The notes under the pieces are model-generated. The model was not told the origin of the DNA, made no database searches, and worked only from the letters and a program-made list of their open reading frames with translations. Positions 49,301 to 53,746 of a stretch of 61,763 nt of DNA are shown here, piece by piece. Every line of letters begins with the position of its first letter. Position 1 is the first letter of the stretch. The position numbers and the translations under genes are program-made. This DNA comes from an uncultured Clostridia bacterium (lineage in GTDB: Bacteria > Bacillota > Clostridia > Christensenellales > UBA1242): NCBI GenBank assembly GCA_947595235.1, contig CANQEP010000002.1, positions 1-61,763 on the forward strand, in the 5' to 3' direction.

Positions 49301-51450
49301 CTGTCTGAGTAAAGAGTCTCTGTCGCTTTAAGAGACATGACCTTCTTTTCCACGCTATAGACAATATTTTTGTCCATGAGAGGGGAGTGGAAATTAAATG
49401 GCATCAACGATGACACCGTGGCAGTTCCTTCACCCATCGTGGCATTGTCCATCTTTTCAAAGTAGACATAGTCGTTCCACTCAAGACCCGAAACGCTAAA
49501 ATATGAGCCATTTTGCTCAATCTTTATTGGCTGAGTTCTATACTGCTGACCAATATCACTAAAATCATCCTTGATAGAATAGGAAGTGTCATTGTTCGGC
49601 CTTAAAGCGGTTATAAATTCGCCATTATTGAAGACACTAACATCAACAAATTTTAAGTGTTGGTCTGCGCCTGTAAAGAAGTTGTCGCCCGCAAAGAATG
49701 TTCCGCTAACAACAAACCCTCTAACTTTCGCCCAGTTGGCATAGAACTTGGTTGTGTGGAGTTTTGCGTGAGAGGTAACAACAATTTCGCTGATGACCGC
49801 CACTCTTTCAAGTTGATGGGTGCTGACGTTTTCTTCTTTCACCTCATAAATGTGGTCATAAACATAACTGGAAAGTGGTTTTGTCAGTTCGTTTGAAGGG
49901 TAGTGCATCATCTTTTGAGTCTCATTGTATTTGGCGTCAATTGATGTGTACAAATTTGGGTCTTGCGACCTTGCAATAGGAATGACGTCTTTGGTTAAAA
50001 CGTCATTTAAATAATCACTATAACTTCCAACAAAGTCACTGTTAAAGTTGCTGTATCTATAAAAGTCGTCTGTAATTCCCGTTGCACCGCCAGATGGCTT
50101 TTGACCGCCTTTTGGCAAAGTTTCCTCAATAACATTACTGTTTTCAGCATAGGTGTTCGTTGTCCAACTTTGAAGGGCATAGTTGTAGTCGGTCGTATAC
50201 TTACTATAGCGTTGAACAACCACTTGTCTGCCTTCTGGGAACGCACCCGTCAAACTCTTGACATACTCTTGATTGGTCTTGCTGTCGTATGCGCTTTGGC
50301 TAGAGAAGAAGTAGTATTTATCAGCATCATAAACAAGCCCGCCATAATCGGTCTCGATAGAGTTTGTGCTCCTTGCCGAGAAGGAGAGGGTATAGGCTTC
50401 GAAACTGACCGTGCTTGAATAAACAGACTCACCACGCTCACCTTGTAGGTTAGCGGGGAGTGCCTTGACTTTGAGATATCTGTTTTTAACGCCCTCTTCA
50501 AGGCGAGGGTTGAACCTTATAACATAGTTGCCGTCGCCGTCAACAAAGTATGTCATGTAGTCCTTTGGGCATTCAGTAAAGCCAGTAAGTCCCGCACCCG
50601 CAGTGGATGCCATACCGTTTCTGTAATAGAACTTGAAAACAGACTCACTCGTTGTGCTGAGTGGGTTTGTTAGCAAATTGTCCTCGGTCTCACTAGGCAT
50701 ATCAAATGTGACGCCACTGTCAAGAACCACCCTAAAAGTGTAGTACCTTCCGTCAACAACAACCTCGTAGTCTGGGAACTGCAAAACACTTTTGCTGGTT
50801 TTATATTTTTGTGCGACCTCATCAAAGCCCGTATAGAGCCTTATGATGCTGTTTTCTGTTTCTGTTCCGGTCGCCTCTTTGAAGCCATAAAAGTGTGGGG
50901 TGGAGTCAAGGTCACCAGAACCATTTGGCCAAGCAACAGAATCCTCAGAGCCAAGACTATAGTGCGCGATGATTTCTTCTTTTTTATTTGTGTAGATGGG
51001 CAGTACTTTTTGTTCTGAAGCGCCCGAGGCATAGTTCAGATAATACTTGAAGATATAATCGCTTTTGTCGCCATTAAAACTGCTAGAAAAAACGTCTACG
51101 GTATAGAAGTTGGTCTTGTAATAGATTTGGTCGTGCTCAATATCTGTGCCTGAAGTGTAATAGTAAGAGAGTGGCCATGTGAATGAGCCAGAATTTTCGT
51201 CGATAATATGAGCGCTGTCAATGCTATTTCCCTCAAGCGAATAAGGATTGAACGTAACAACAGGAGAGGCCAGCCTAAGCCTTCCCGACGAGTCATATGT
51301 TGCGTTTGTTGATGGCTCTTCGTCATTGAACAGTTTGCAGGCAGAAAAAGTGAACAGCGAAATAATCATCACAAAAAGCAATGAAAAAAGTGCCAAGAGT
51401 TTTGATTTCGTTTGTTTTTTAGCATTTGTAAGGCTCATACCAACTCCCAT
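31366..51450 (-). CDS. Giant (6,694 aa) cell-surface protein: lipoprotein-type signal, long non-repetitive beta-rich region, many degenerate Listeria-Bacteroides (InlB B-repeat/Flg_new-like) modules, distinct C-terminal domain, C-terminal TM helices
   Basis: A single 20,085-nt open frame. The N-terminus has K-rich n-region, a hydrophobic core and FSAC (Cys38). Recurrent modules have a G(Y/F)x(F/L)xG(W/Y)(Y/F) core and end in (A/V)x(F/Y). The last ~60 aa are strongly hydrophobic. An alternative start is the ATG at 51438, preceded by GGAG. Confidence 0.9.
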   Translation of the reverse strand: MGVGMSLTNAKKQTKSKLLALFSLLFVMIISLFTFSACKLFNDEEPSTNATYDSSGRLRLASPVVTFNPYSLEGNSIDSAHIIDENSGSFTWPLSYYYTSGTDIEHDQIYYKTNFYTVDVFSSSFNGDKSDYIFKYYLNYASGASEQKVLPIYTNKKEEIIAHYSLGSEDSVAWPNGSGDLDSTPHFYGFKEATGTETENSIIRLYTGFDEVAQKYKTSKSVLQFPDYEVVVDGRYYTFRVVLDSGVTFDMPSETEDNLLTNPLSTTSESVFKFYYRNGMASTAGAGLTGFTECPKDYMTYFVDGDGNYVIRFNPRLEEGVKNRYLKVKALPANLQGERGESVYSSTVSFEAYTLSFSARSTNSIETDYGGLVYDADKYYFFSSQSAYDSKTNQEYVKSLTGAFPEGRQVVVQRYSKYTTDYNYALQSWTTNTYAENSNVIEETLPKGGQKPSGGATGITDDFYRYSNFNSDFVGSYSDYLNDVLTKDVIPIARSQDPNLYTSIDAKYNETQKMMHYPSNELTKPLSSYVYDHIYEVKEENVSTHQLERVAVISEIVVTSHAKLHTTKFYANWAKVRGFVVSGTFFAGDNFFTGADQHLKFVDVSVFNNGEFITALRPNNDTSYSIKDDFSDIGQQYRTQPIKIEQNGSYFSVSGLEWNDYVYFEKMDNATMGEGTATVSSLMPFNFHSPLMDKNIVYSVEKKVMSLKATETLYSDRQDIAIIGTQYNEDTNLVVNLYQTTDKGSANEIEGLGIMPLQEGLVDYEIIKSISTYEDEFGYIQTNVIISILLPSNAVLVGYNMETLNFAPTLYYTTANGKVYVASQNYSQSDADISLDLDSFFKVDNQPLTSGNVHVNQNSTALIYENGGDTEVFLFSHKAGVKSDASGANGGTIYYYNSTKVENEGKYTVIARKIPNSGPESFYLLTYTKVDESAISVETPSSSTSDGTKVDVQIKINGEVLTQQSSVIDDLLLSEANEVSAVVTAYATEMRQTNPKDDTESQEVYVYYDVKARGNKFYYISPVAKKQFIQKTDSSGNITFDEIDNLYFKQISNFDDLVNNKKSIMLGSDILTATSGDAYIYREIMGARLVSSCYYYIRPLGEAIELYVKQYITDENTEDQTKVVNKYTYKTSDGSSHEFNGTIMSSGEVIGTLIQSDVNGVVDSKFDNVKDDNILYDSTGRVSYDVGASLKPSNYFNSHYQDTTTSTWQNVYYSNISMGTQTFSPGAKKLGTDFLIRVSYTLYATTLDGNKRSMQLIGVNDGSGMRYYEYSASIDESVYYTFELVGPNSNSFRDRVSVVSYTKHNVSGGSDTKTTTKVEYTPSERGGTKTGYCAFLIPTYYAIRPEDGEKVGSEENSITYLKKENATEFPLYLKESYGAESKTIVSNTFSFDATTYVAVPSFTIDESSGKAWYSEGVPVCDNGYLVDPSSTPGNIRYVVDPSTKSRIRVENNGNLQGTSTPATFTLYYEQTTVTIPNFESSLVRSANKKTNTGVSVTLLGKYIETNDVDSPVIYPGFSIYDVYGEDEAYILASHDQKFNQYYSLDYTSKNLVIEGFPGVSLLAGPPYPNQVLYFSIRHKADEAAIVNLCFDIKNAFYVEVLGEAIEKEDDINIYDFNTYAFKDTLVNLELNDYMDKSFWVLDRTTLKPVVAYIKDKSTGKFIKVSDTLSLQEVAIDDTIAGHRIYLKDYVSSNGKYIYELYRFVGNPDSEEELNDAGLYELLDYEKDVYVWSSSSTALEEVRTYDIHSYYQGLDGTLYLNSGIDTDVNIKCYGMENFNYDAQFSENSMFNYDEVLFSGVTYAYRTKASQVIDEATNNLYGYWLDRGLGLLDAYDSHDAYFLSGREAAVFFASPVVTLSDDGGHNYIYRFKEWKIYQRRNSEVIFYNPNVISTLENDSLTNAILRFTSNEAGYYVIMPVYQRVYSIDIGTAVLDGALNQGGSIDVMYDIGSASADVDNRDERDLYIYEYLKTNYGGREGYYYGDIDGSAFLYFTGEFKNETEIVGSSAAYPVFEVRDDIFAIRFHQKYDTFETGNLTLYFQVKYNATKTRITAIRPVDVIQRFEKDKPGVVMLTHVDDAFNYSGNIVNFDGSEYSYGDTTAMQAAYNGQGNYYYKSGRGVVKAEEFNEMISYAFNSYFYYDTVGGDAAQGYKSTPLFYNKGANSLYAFDMSQFDDATKSVTGGLTFLMYLYVWNMHHNNELFPSDSREAFEDLYDDFKNRNDAYDEFNEEFWNIDLDSPGILIDSLRTDHVANIDTRIFTEMTTFEDGVIGGEYRYSVNGSLHDGELVKDKDGNIYSTQQFKSVYIDRDAYVLLEVTPARGYRVEGWYKCLYDADTDTWYTTDEKVENTEYIYSDEVLHGYYNPILRQYFYVTQFCVELDDTGTYIYYSQYDPDKGFINEAIVPDNMLDSVRGYYININENQGTSRRPNYIRVYKNYANNYYFDVGMHQSPVDTDVYTPIEMTHFDAINRDIPSSGEKSYTLSDYPVFRRMETSYDKDGVAVETEHFYRVRETGNVEVKENKLIIHKLHSNVRYVAKFIEIYNQYIFAEEAEDSGIDVLAVYYNNSDPRKADIDTVNEQMVIRTNNLGVNKTSPSRDANGTMGYPGDDQVSKLDEDYMRLYKDETKTARTSSIFSNTYERTVDGIKRTFYAYDNASKDMYAILAQDDGFGSETAIGNGKRATTPTYRVNAEDDEDLDGKLVLNSMYFDIETTVFILVQVKAEADLTIHSLGLNSNYTIEPIFAPTEDFIIYNKTAPQSEKVDYVYYIFRVTYNRDPENEYASYIVHPNRGESMAFDILAGNYLDFYNNYFVTYIVDRETREYSFDEGVDYVLHDDGLSLGLGAGSRTSRFLKQLKDNNVITQSIYDKYNDKDLRFKNISELLDAMNKDMKDPDCLKVGYVTIKPGTYDKDYAGDIDSDKLSKSEDIFAALKAIYKIDESGNVVKNESDIPLRQFKNPYLIWSGQQNFINLSTIPVYTYTVQAVTLDDTSPTINIDANGRAIMQSSSVKQFTLKNSVYASAGINGRTFLGSATEISLTDPFVYFNPTSITDFYGTTAIKFYKRFDNLEYANDNTNTTILPDLPFASNTMVLFSGTEEVDNSDPNADRYEFAGWYEQKYDRDTNKWSPLALMSTSIDIPYMSLATADTVILAVYKKVVNVTMTYNKDEGTVDLNGSLDSLGHALSVEDDGTKVTIKGDFYFDAELPLTIVPNGGYRFDNLTYNDGILFNPALDSSAVYYSEFSDAYPNGVQRSYYSVRLNAMLRMILPIKEALFRSTDTTDVEMNINFKKIVLVYINVENYVYGTGSAYTYTFSGFDFGLYSVHGSTVHEYARTNGRESGSRQFVTNSDSTQNDVVCAVNGTTLYMYGYFDYDISGELVIVTFKDEYCTTSVNEWYINGYTTATNSSSDEGDGSTKNVFDTHIYKDATGKEVNDEFTITFLYDTGDPNIDNYNGGDRFALKESNSVFYMKAEVVTETQDLVITHSFADSIDSAAIAGYPAGTMGYNADVYSMLSYSGDYYQDGSIVSTNGSFVVKNKQVLSFGKDALISIAVNSEYVLIGSGASRRLYVFVGWYRLGFNIQEGVSTAEFIQKNPVLQYRPATGAYEAKYIRAYEVDNTNVNETYGSVSYVTQQHLPNAGITDSTITHTVYGYYDDGHDAFNYALSGATITLQATPNNGYFILEDSLKVEDQNGSPVEFTTTEIDGVRNLSFVATKNVKVYVNFTRGCTVILTQTLYSSINMELDGSTLTNGNYVAITVNGKSMTNYEFVVQDGTVVLFSAINSTIYYFVGFFINGNIVSTVDVNDRVVYGTEYSEEVNSNLIIEARFVPYVTVNVSSVISETNSYISNFMAELSYLDLRTGNNAVYSYSTGMSSFISIPAGTQVTLKETRPDTAESNPYSFVEWSVVDTSNSIVKHISNSKEAVLGVLTDLRQAIDSSRGGYVKIAAIYTSSTVISISKEITATDEDIGTYAYNGVLSDLFKSFFDIKLTYTDIYGAQRSVSLGSKLSVEGILAKRDTSITFEVWISNIVSDRYYVSSLNTTAKSITTNVVNDGLKQTLTFNNASSIDIKAIFLPASFITLSKVLNGTLTDASELDVNYEISSSDTGLVKASGSVSSQAKIQLIRGDVLTITVTTPNGYTYHGIYENGALYSRNDTATIQLVDNKNINYTIVFSSSASLEGEIVVEGAGESVQSGMKFNILGTFIEENDGQVINRFEQIVLDENQTSFSGRRLDTSKRLILVVDNIDGYSFKGFTITVDGVKRTGTVNSNSYGTVCTIIINSGESVHVTASFERVYPINYTVTTLDGEGASTSRGGYLSNQQYSFVKGQSSISFTVNVISGYTLMGVYANGSYVTSSRNVVFNIPNGTTSLDIEVKFVKNVTLSLRVAVAGTSDANEIKNKLGLNPSSFSVNIGGNTRTFSTANSMYLNYSSLQVGNNVTLSIGYNSRTRFTASDGITYVFDGWYVYDGTSVATSDFAVAYNSSMEFNVNGNLSLIAKFVPEDDQNNYTVSTERSYEFFNGTTTTVLSAFAGSVVNQVTSYNGDDYLFIGYYTKLSDSSLGYLKITNSYNANLSKYTGVYPSLIARFVKIVKVTNNFNRVGVVGSYNEVNLAYSADTAYGGLGTSNGTLTTLAGAQVNSTLYAFYGYNISPSTNNIGSVTGDVSNNVQVDKYGIITNVNVVNNVINSNASVSSSTSSASQLNINNIEETARATFSVENGAGSVLYVTILDELGNYKQFEVSEENNDHVEYVKTGSKITLSFDLDKNTEFIEYRIVNNSTYISKDVVYTYYYTTRSSSSLYITARFSTLYTATLVGNDDSKGEVKVERNLSNYVFDIHAHDGFVIDKVYALDINSVTSLDDIPSLGVDLLTASAGEYGALLSSLSIDRNNTTSPASDDLSRTILTSAKITMSLRKDIAIYVTYVPVVKINLQIGDSSTSNMFYYFDSVINLSSLKAFIDYIISQNASFASIYEYGASTFTFEGNIITEDDIDLTGIIEATIHLNRQSEGKVKVYVEGINKTENGQLLYNAPKDGLTVTLGASGLVVGKITGMDAFNYQTALATPIYAQDTNNYYKFIGYYTDSYALGGRLVTESSNYAFTFDDFNPSRSTFSRDTDGNIIIYAVFEEIVKEVVFEASYVSPSFTLSIDGATLTPTANIQTYKAFSTSTNVGYLSYKLDGNKLVISYPLSLCDASATFKVTAVDFSLSSDTTDPLLEIVGVDRFYEKTISAGTGNKINDVYLRFKQYTNANGEILGSIYNPEVEINLRNMLSGDVITASAVNLYLIEFAYNKNDVFEIVLSLTRISSDGATQSVEYIPIASSSNYHTFNNALISYKAEEGTSITARIDLNDYTGGSVLLLGSDEVMLSDLFAGRTFGDNNLPTDDAKAGGDVRQWWADALDGKFSPIIQVFNHLVERGDLTSISFTASKNLSILADCFNCVSFNRRYPVAVLYTPGTLDSSHGDDASISIRSSSRDNKKGDGFTLDFTEENTTVKVNLKQGQSTSSYTSRFYTDRGTYNTSSGQNDINIAFSTFYSAMVDASTKGIFGEMTFRFVIVPKLTLVASSRRLRKEYVEQDDPSGDSNTDLENYIKNAFPEITDNRFTKDNIYYAKYDSTGESLVTSYAKLEENLSFKAGEKISLRAEIPEGYYFQGFVIADSLYHTTLNILEFGGAKMNSSLSTYTVLRASRYEIIDSKRYAFADLQLYGSVEIYAHYEARPYIVTIKSYEFIDDAEHPDIFNEADRSKSKMTTNEVVSSKFKGSLLIQQGVDGKIQNINFPYIQLAGWATSKEYINSFDEDDRFKAFATAEDQPTSAFTSDARPLKYDELSPNIMSFYNEETKEMDGFPITAMSSYIYLYNVYNDVELCVYYAALSYEITINLAEILGVHVYADSNYGFGDLNNNQVSESISDSYLTYADYIRMSPGWKNPSAGTYEYATTLASNDRNGATTTTKVEIKENDPYVYVMNDYKGNSIIGTGENGDTSYAYPTRVPRSLVSPLYSKQNGKLTYVINKSSSADAVVLNIITETNYKNPSGASNYLNYPYSGNWSNNDEGLMAFYKTTDMSQIKRSTDRSGVDQLYTSGFDSNQYEMNGSTPKLDNIYNYIEFADTGIRLMEGLFTVRIHGETENKEFDSSNIPRIVIDPNTGVVQIKIKVTATSSGFPSVRITQNEGRGGTALTDGAIIPMGIAPEGYIPTTQSDKQFNSTDFTGFHLGLYDNVDLSNPDLDLGNLDVTVVIKWEKLAMAIDSEVSISTGRKTQHIKLSGNGRSSVSSIEDITASVCKNKNAQSDVHEHDEEIQAYYVAVIQNGQYLINILEWLSEHDTNESIRAAAGYAQIYLLSLAAGDSGERGEVYNVANTGNVGTSASINFNAKFVKASDEEEKSNSGNLLDWDGDETARAIANLNIDLFKIFYGLLSEYYSCIPVGNWSNTSKVITVLVQRYMQLKGVNWVEAVGGYDNAKEQITNFFRVKYIVNTFAYYKKGIAPTMYGDFANADDLVISECVLQEHSAPQINTSYLFGNKKLPVWTANKGYDYVRHATMNAKLSKMGTALTSVYDNNPENVNRAPERDVHWTKDVRNFVVGMFNGREKYAGTYVRLLHVSFTPPTSDFKKGTTAISSVDIHHDDGPIMTAILDYAPIPLADALVVALSAVLAAMITGMTLGASAVLIAATVICIVDCIVQMVTDDSTLFTVLTNINF

Positions 51451-51511
51451 ATTGCCACCATAATTTAGTTTCTGCTAGGTGCACAATATATTTACTATAA
51501 ATACTTTACTT

Positions 51512-51539
51512 ATTTTAGCATATGTTGTCGACAAAGCAA
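51512..51539 (-). promoter_or_regulatory. Candidate sigma-A promoter for the giant gene
   Basis: The minus strand reads TTGCTT, a 16-nt spacer, then TGc-TAAAAT, about 60 nt upstream of the start codon. Confidence 0.4.
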
Positions 51540-51805
51540 AACAAATAGGGCTTTATGAGAAAAATTTTTAAATTTTTTTTAATGTGGACATAGTGGTGTC
51601 TGGTTTTGTTTTGTATTCTTTATTTATCAAACATTTGTTCGAATATCGCAAAAAAATTTTTGGCAGTCATGGGTCAAAGTTTTGTGAATATGAGTTTAAA
51701 CTCAAATCAAAAGCGCGAGAAATAACAAAAATTTTGAGCATAAGCGCGCAACGCACTTGACATAATTCGACAAAATATGACAAATATAAAAGGAGAAAAA
51801 GACAA

Positions 51806-52501
51806 ATGACAAACACACTAAAAATGCAAAGCATAACGGAAGAAAATCATGTTCAAAAGGAAGAGATTGAATCTTCAAAAAAACGCAAAATTCAACAAGA
51901 AAACATGAAAAAATGCACAAAAAACACCAATTTTTGCCAAGAAAGTTGCAAAAATAAACTTTTTCTGGGCGATGAAAATCTGCAAAAAAAGTTGTTTGTC
52001 AAAGTGCTTTTGTCTGCAAACAAGACCATTCCAAACACCATTGCCATTCTTGACAAGATAATAGAGGAAAGAGCGTCAACTTGCATATCGTCGTCACTTA
52101 TCTATTCAAGTGCTCTTTCAACCTATGGCGAGATTGACCATGTTATTGACCTTACTGCAAGAAAGGACAAACTGCTAAACATCTATGTTATGGGCAAAGA
52201 ACTTCTTGAGTCTCTTTCGGGCGACCTAAAAGACATCGCTGTTTTGAGGTATCAAAAAAGATACCAAGTTGACGACATTGTCCTTGCTCTAAATTCCTCT
52301 CAAAGAACAATATACAGAAAATTGAAACTCATTGACGAAAAGTTGGTGCGCTACATGAACCTCAACAACTGGAACATAAGTTTTCTTGAAGACCAAATCA
52401 GTAGCGAGCCGTGGCTAAAATCTCTCTATGAGAAAAAGTATAATGAAGAACTTGTCAATATGTCACGCGCGGAGTGCAAAAAGAAAAATCCTAGTGCCTA
52501 G
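51806..52501 (+). CDS. Sigma-70 region-4-like HTH protein (ArpU/RinA-like late-regulator architecture)
   Basis: 231 aa. The C-terminal part DIAVLRYQKRYQVDDIVLALNSSQRTIYRKLKLIDEKL matches the region-4 / SxRTxYRxK pattern. The N-terminal ~60 codons overlap a copy of the A-rich element, so the start is uncertain. Confidence 0.5.
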   Translation: MTNTLKMQSITEENHVQKEEIESSKKRKIQQENMKKCTKNTNFCQESCKNKLFLGDENLQKKLFVKVLLSANKTIPNTIAILDKIIEERASTCISSSLIYSSALSTYGEIDHVIDLTARKDKLLNIYVMGKELLESLSGDLKDIAVLRYQKRYQVDDIVLALNSSQRTIYRKLKLIDEKLVRYMNLNNWNISFLEDQISSEPWLKSLYEKKYNEELVNMSRAECKKKNPSA

Positions 52502-52522
52502 GATTTTCCTTTGGGGAGTATT

Positions 52523-53575
52523 TTAAAGTAAGTCATCGTCGTCAACAACTTCGTAGTTAGGAAACTCGGGCTCAAGATTGGCGGTTGACCGGCTGGGCTT
52601 TTGGTCAAGAAAGTTGGTGTAAAAAACCGGCTTTCTAACAAGCGTTTGCCCGTCAAGGTCGTCGAGGTTTCGAATTTTGCTACTAGACTTTTTCTTGGCG
52701 GTTGTTCGCGATTTCTTCTTTGGCGCAGGGCTCTTTGCTTGGCCATTCAACTCTTCGCCAAGTTCTTTTTCAAGTTTGTCGTTTTTACTCTTGCGATTGG
52801 ATATTAGAAGTAGCACAAACACAAGTATTATCGGCAAGCAAATCATAACAATCAAAATTATTTTGACCGTGTTGTTCATGGCAAAGTTTGCGTCCGACTC
52901 GCTCATCTCTTCATCGTCAGTGGATGGCGGTGGGGTCTCTTCAATACCTTCGCTGTTTGGCAAAATAGTTGAAAGATTGCTAACCCTCTCTGAGTAGATA
53001 TAGCCCTCAAAGACGCTTGTTGGGTCATATGGAGGAACAAAGACTGCATAATACCAAACATTTGAAACTCCGCCCGAAGGAACTTCACCATAGGTATAGG
53101 CAACATACTTTATCTGCCTTGTGTTTTTTGAAATAACGCATTCAACCTCGCTTTCAACACTTGGCGCAGACATAATCTGCGTTCCACTCGCAGACGAAAT
53201 ATCAAGGGTCGCTCCGCTAAGGGTGGGGTTGACTGGAACGAAAGACACCTCTTTTATGGTGTCGAGTGAAACATAGCCAAGAGTGTCGCCGTATCTCACT
53301 TTTATTGCGGGCGAGGTGGAGTCATCAACAATGATAACAAAGTATGTTTCGGGAACGATATAAAAGACATTGCGAAAAGAAACATCATTGATGTTAGATG
53401 TCTTAAAGAAATAACACTCACTGCCAACTTTTGCATAGCGAACACTTTGCCCCTCGGCGTAGTATAGAGGTTTGCCTATGTAACTTCTTATTGCCAGTCC
53501 CGAAAAGAATGTTGCAAAAAGTGGAAGAATAATCATCATTAGCGACACAAACAATTTTTTGATAAAGTTTTTCAT
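52523..53575 (-). CDS. Bitopic membrane protein with SH3b-like ectodomain modules and a basic/acidic cytoplasmic tail
   Basis: ATG at 53575 (MKNFIKKLFVSLMMIILPLFATFF). The SH3b-like stretches end in ...RYGDTLGYVSLDTI and ...FEGYIYSERV. The TM helix is VKIILIVMICLPIILVFVLLLI. The tail is K-rich and ends in VVDDDDLL. The architecture parallels 29462-31354. Confidence 0.65.
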   Translation of the reverse strand: MKNFIKKLFVSLMMIILPLFATFFSGLAIRSYIGKPLYYAEGQSVRYAKVGSECYFFKTSNINDVSFRNVFYIVPETYFVIIVDDSTSPAIKVRYGDTLGYVSLDTIKEVSFVPVNPTLSGATLDISSASGTQIMSAPSVESEVECVISKNTRQIKYVAYTYGEVPSGGVSNVWYYAVFVPPYDPTSVFEGYIYSERVSNLSTILPNSEGIEETPPPSTDDEEMSESDANFAMNNTVKIILIVMICLPIILVFVLLLISNRKSKNDKLEKELGEELNGQAKSPAPKKKSRTTAKKKSSSKIRNLDDLDGQTLVRKPVFYTNFLDQKPSRSTANLEPEFPNYEVVDDDDLL

Positions 53576-53746
53576 GACCCAACTATACAACCTTTTTAAT
53601 GCACATCAAAGGTTGATTTTGCAAACATTTTGAACTTTTTGATGTTTAAGAGTGATTTTTGTTGAAAAGCACTTTTTTCTTACAATTTGGCAAAGTGAAG
53701 CCATTTTTCACAAATTTTTATCAAATTTTGCATTTTTGGAGGTTTT

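Noticed and set aside
31366-51450. Giant ORF as several fused genes or an assembly chimera.
   Set aside because: No in-frame stops, internal RBS-plus-signal-peptide restarts or abrupt composition breaks were visible. The signal peptide occurs only at the N-terminus and the TM helices only at the C-terminus. This still needs read-level confirmation.
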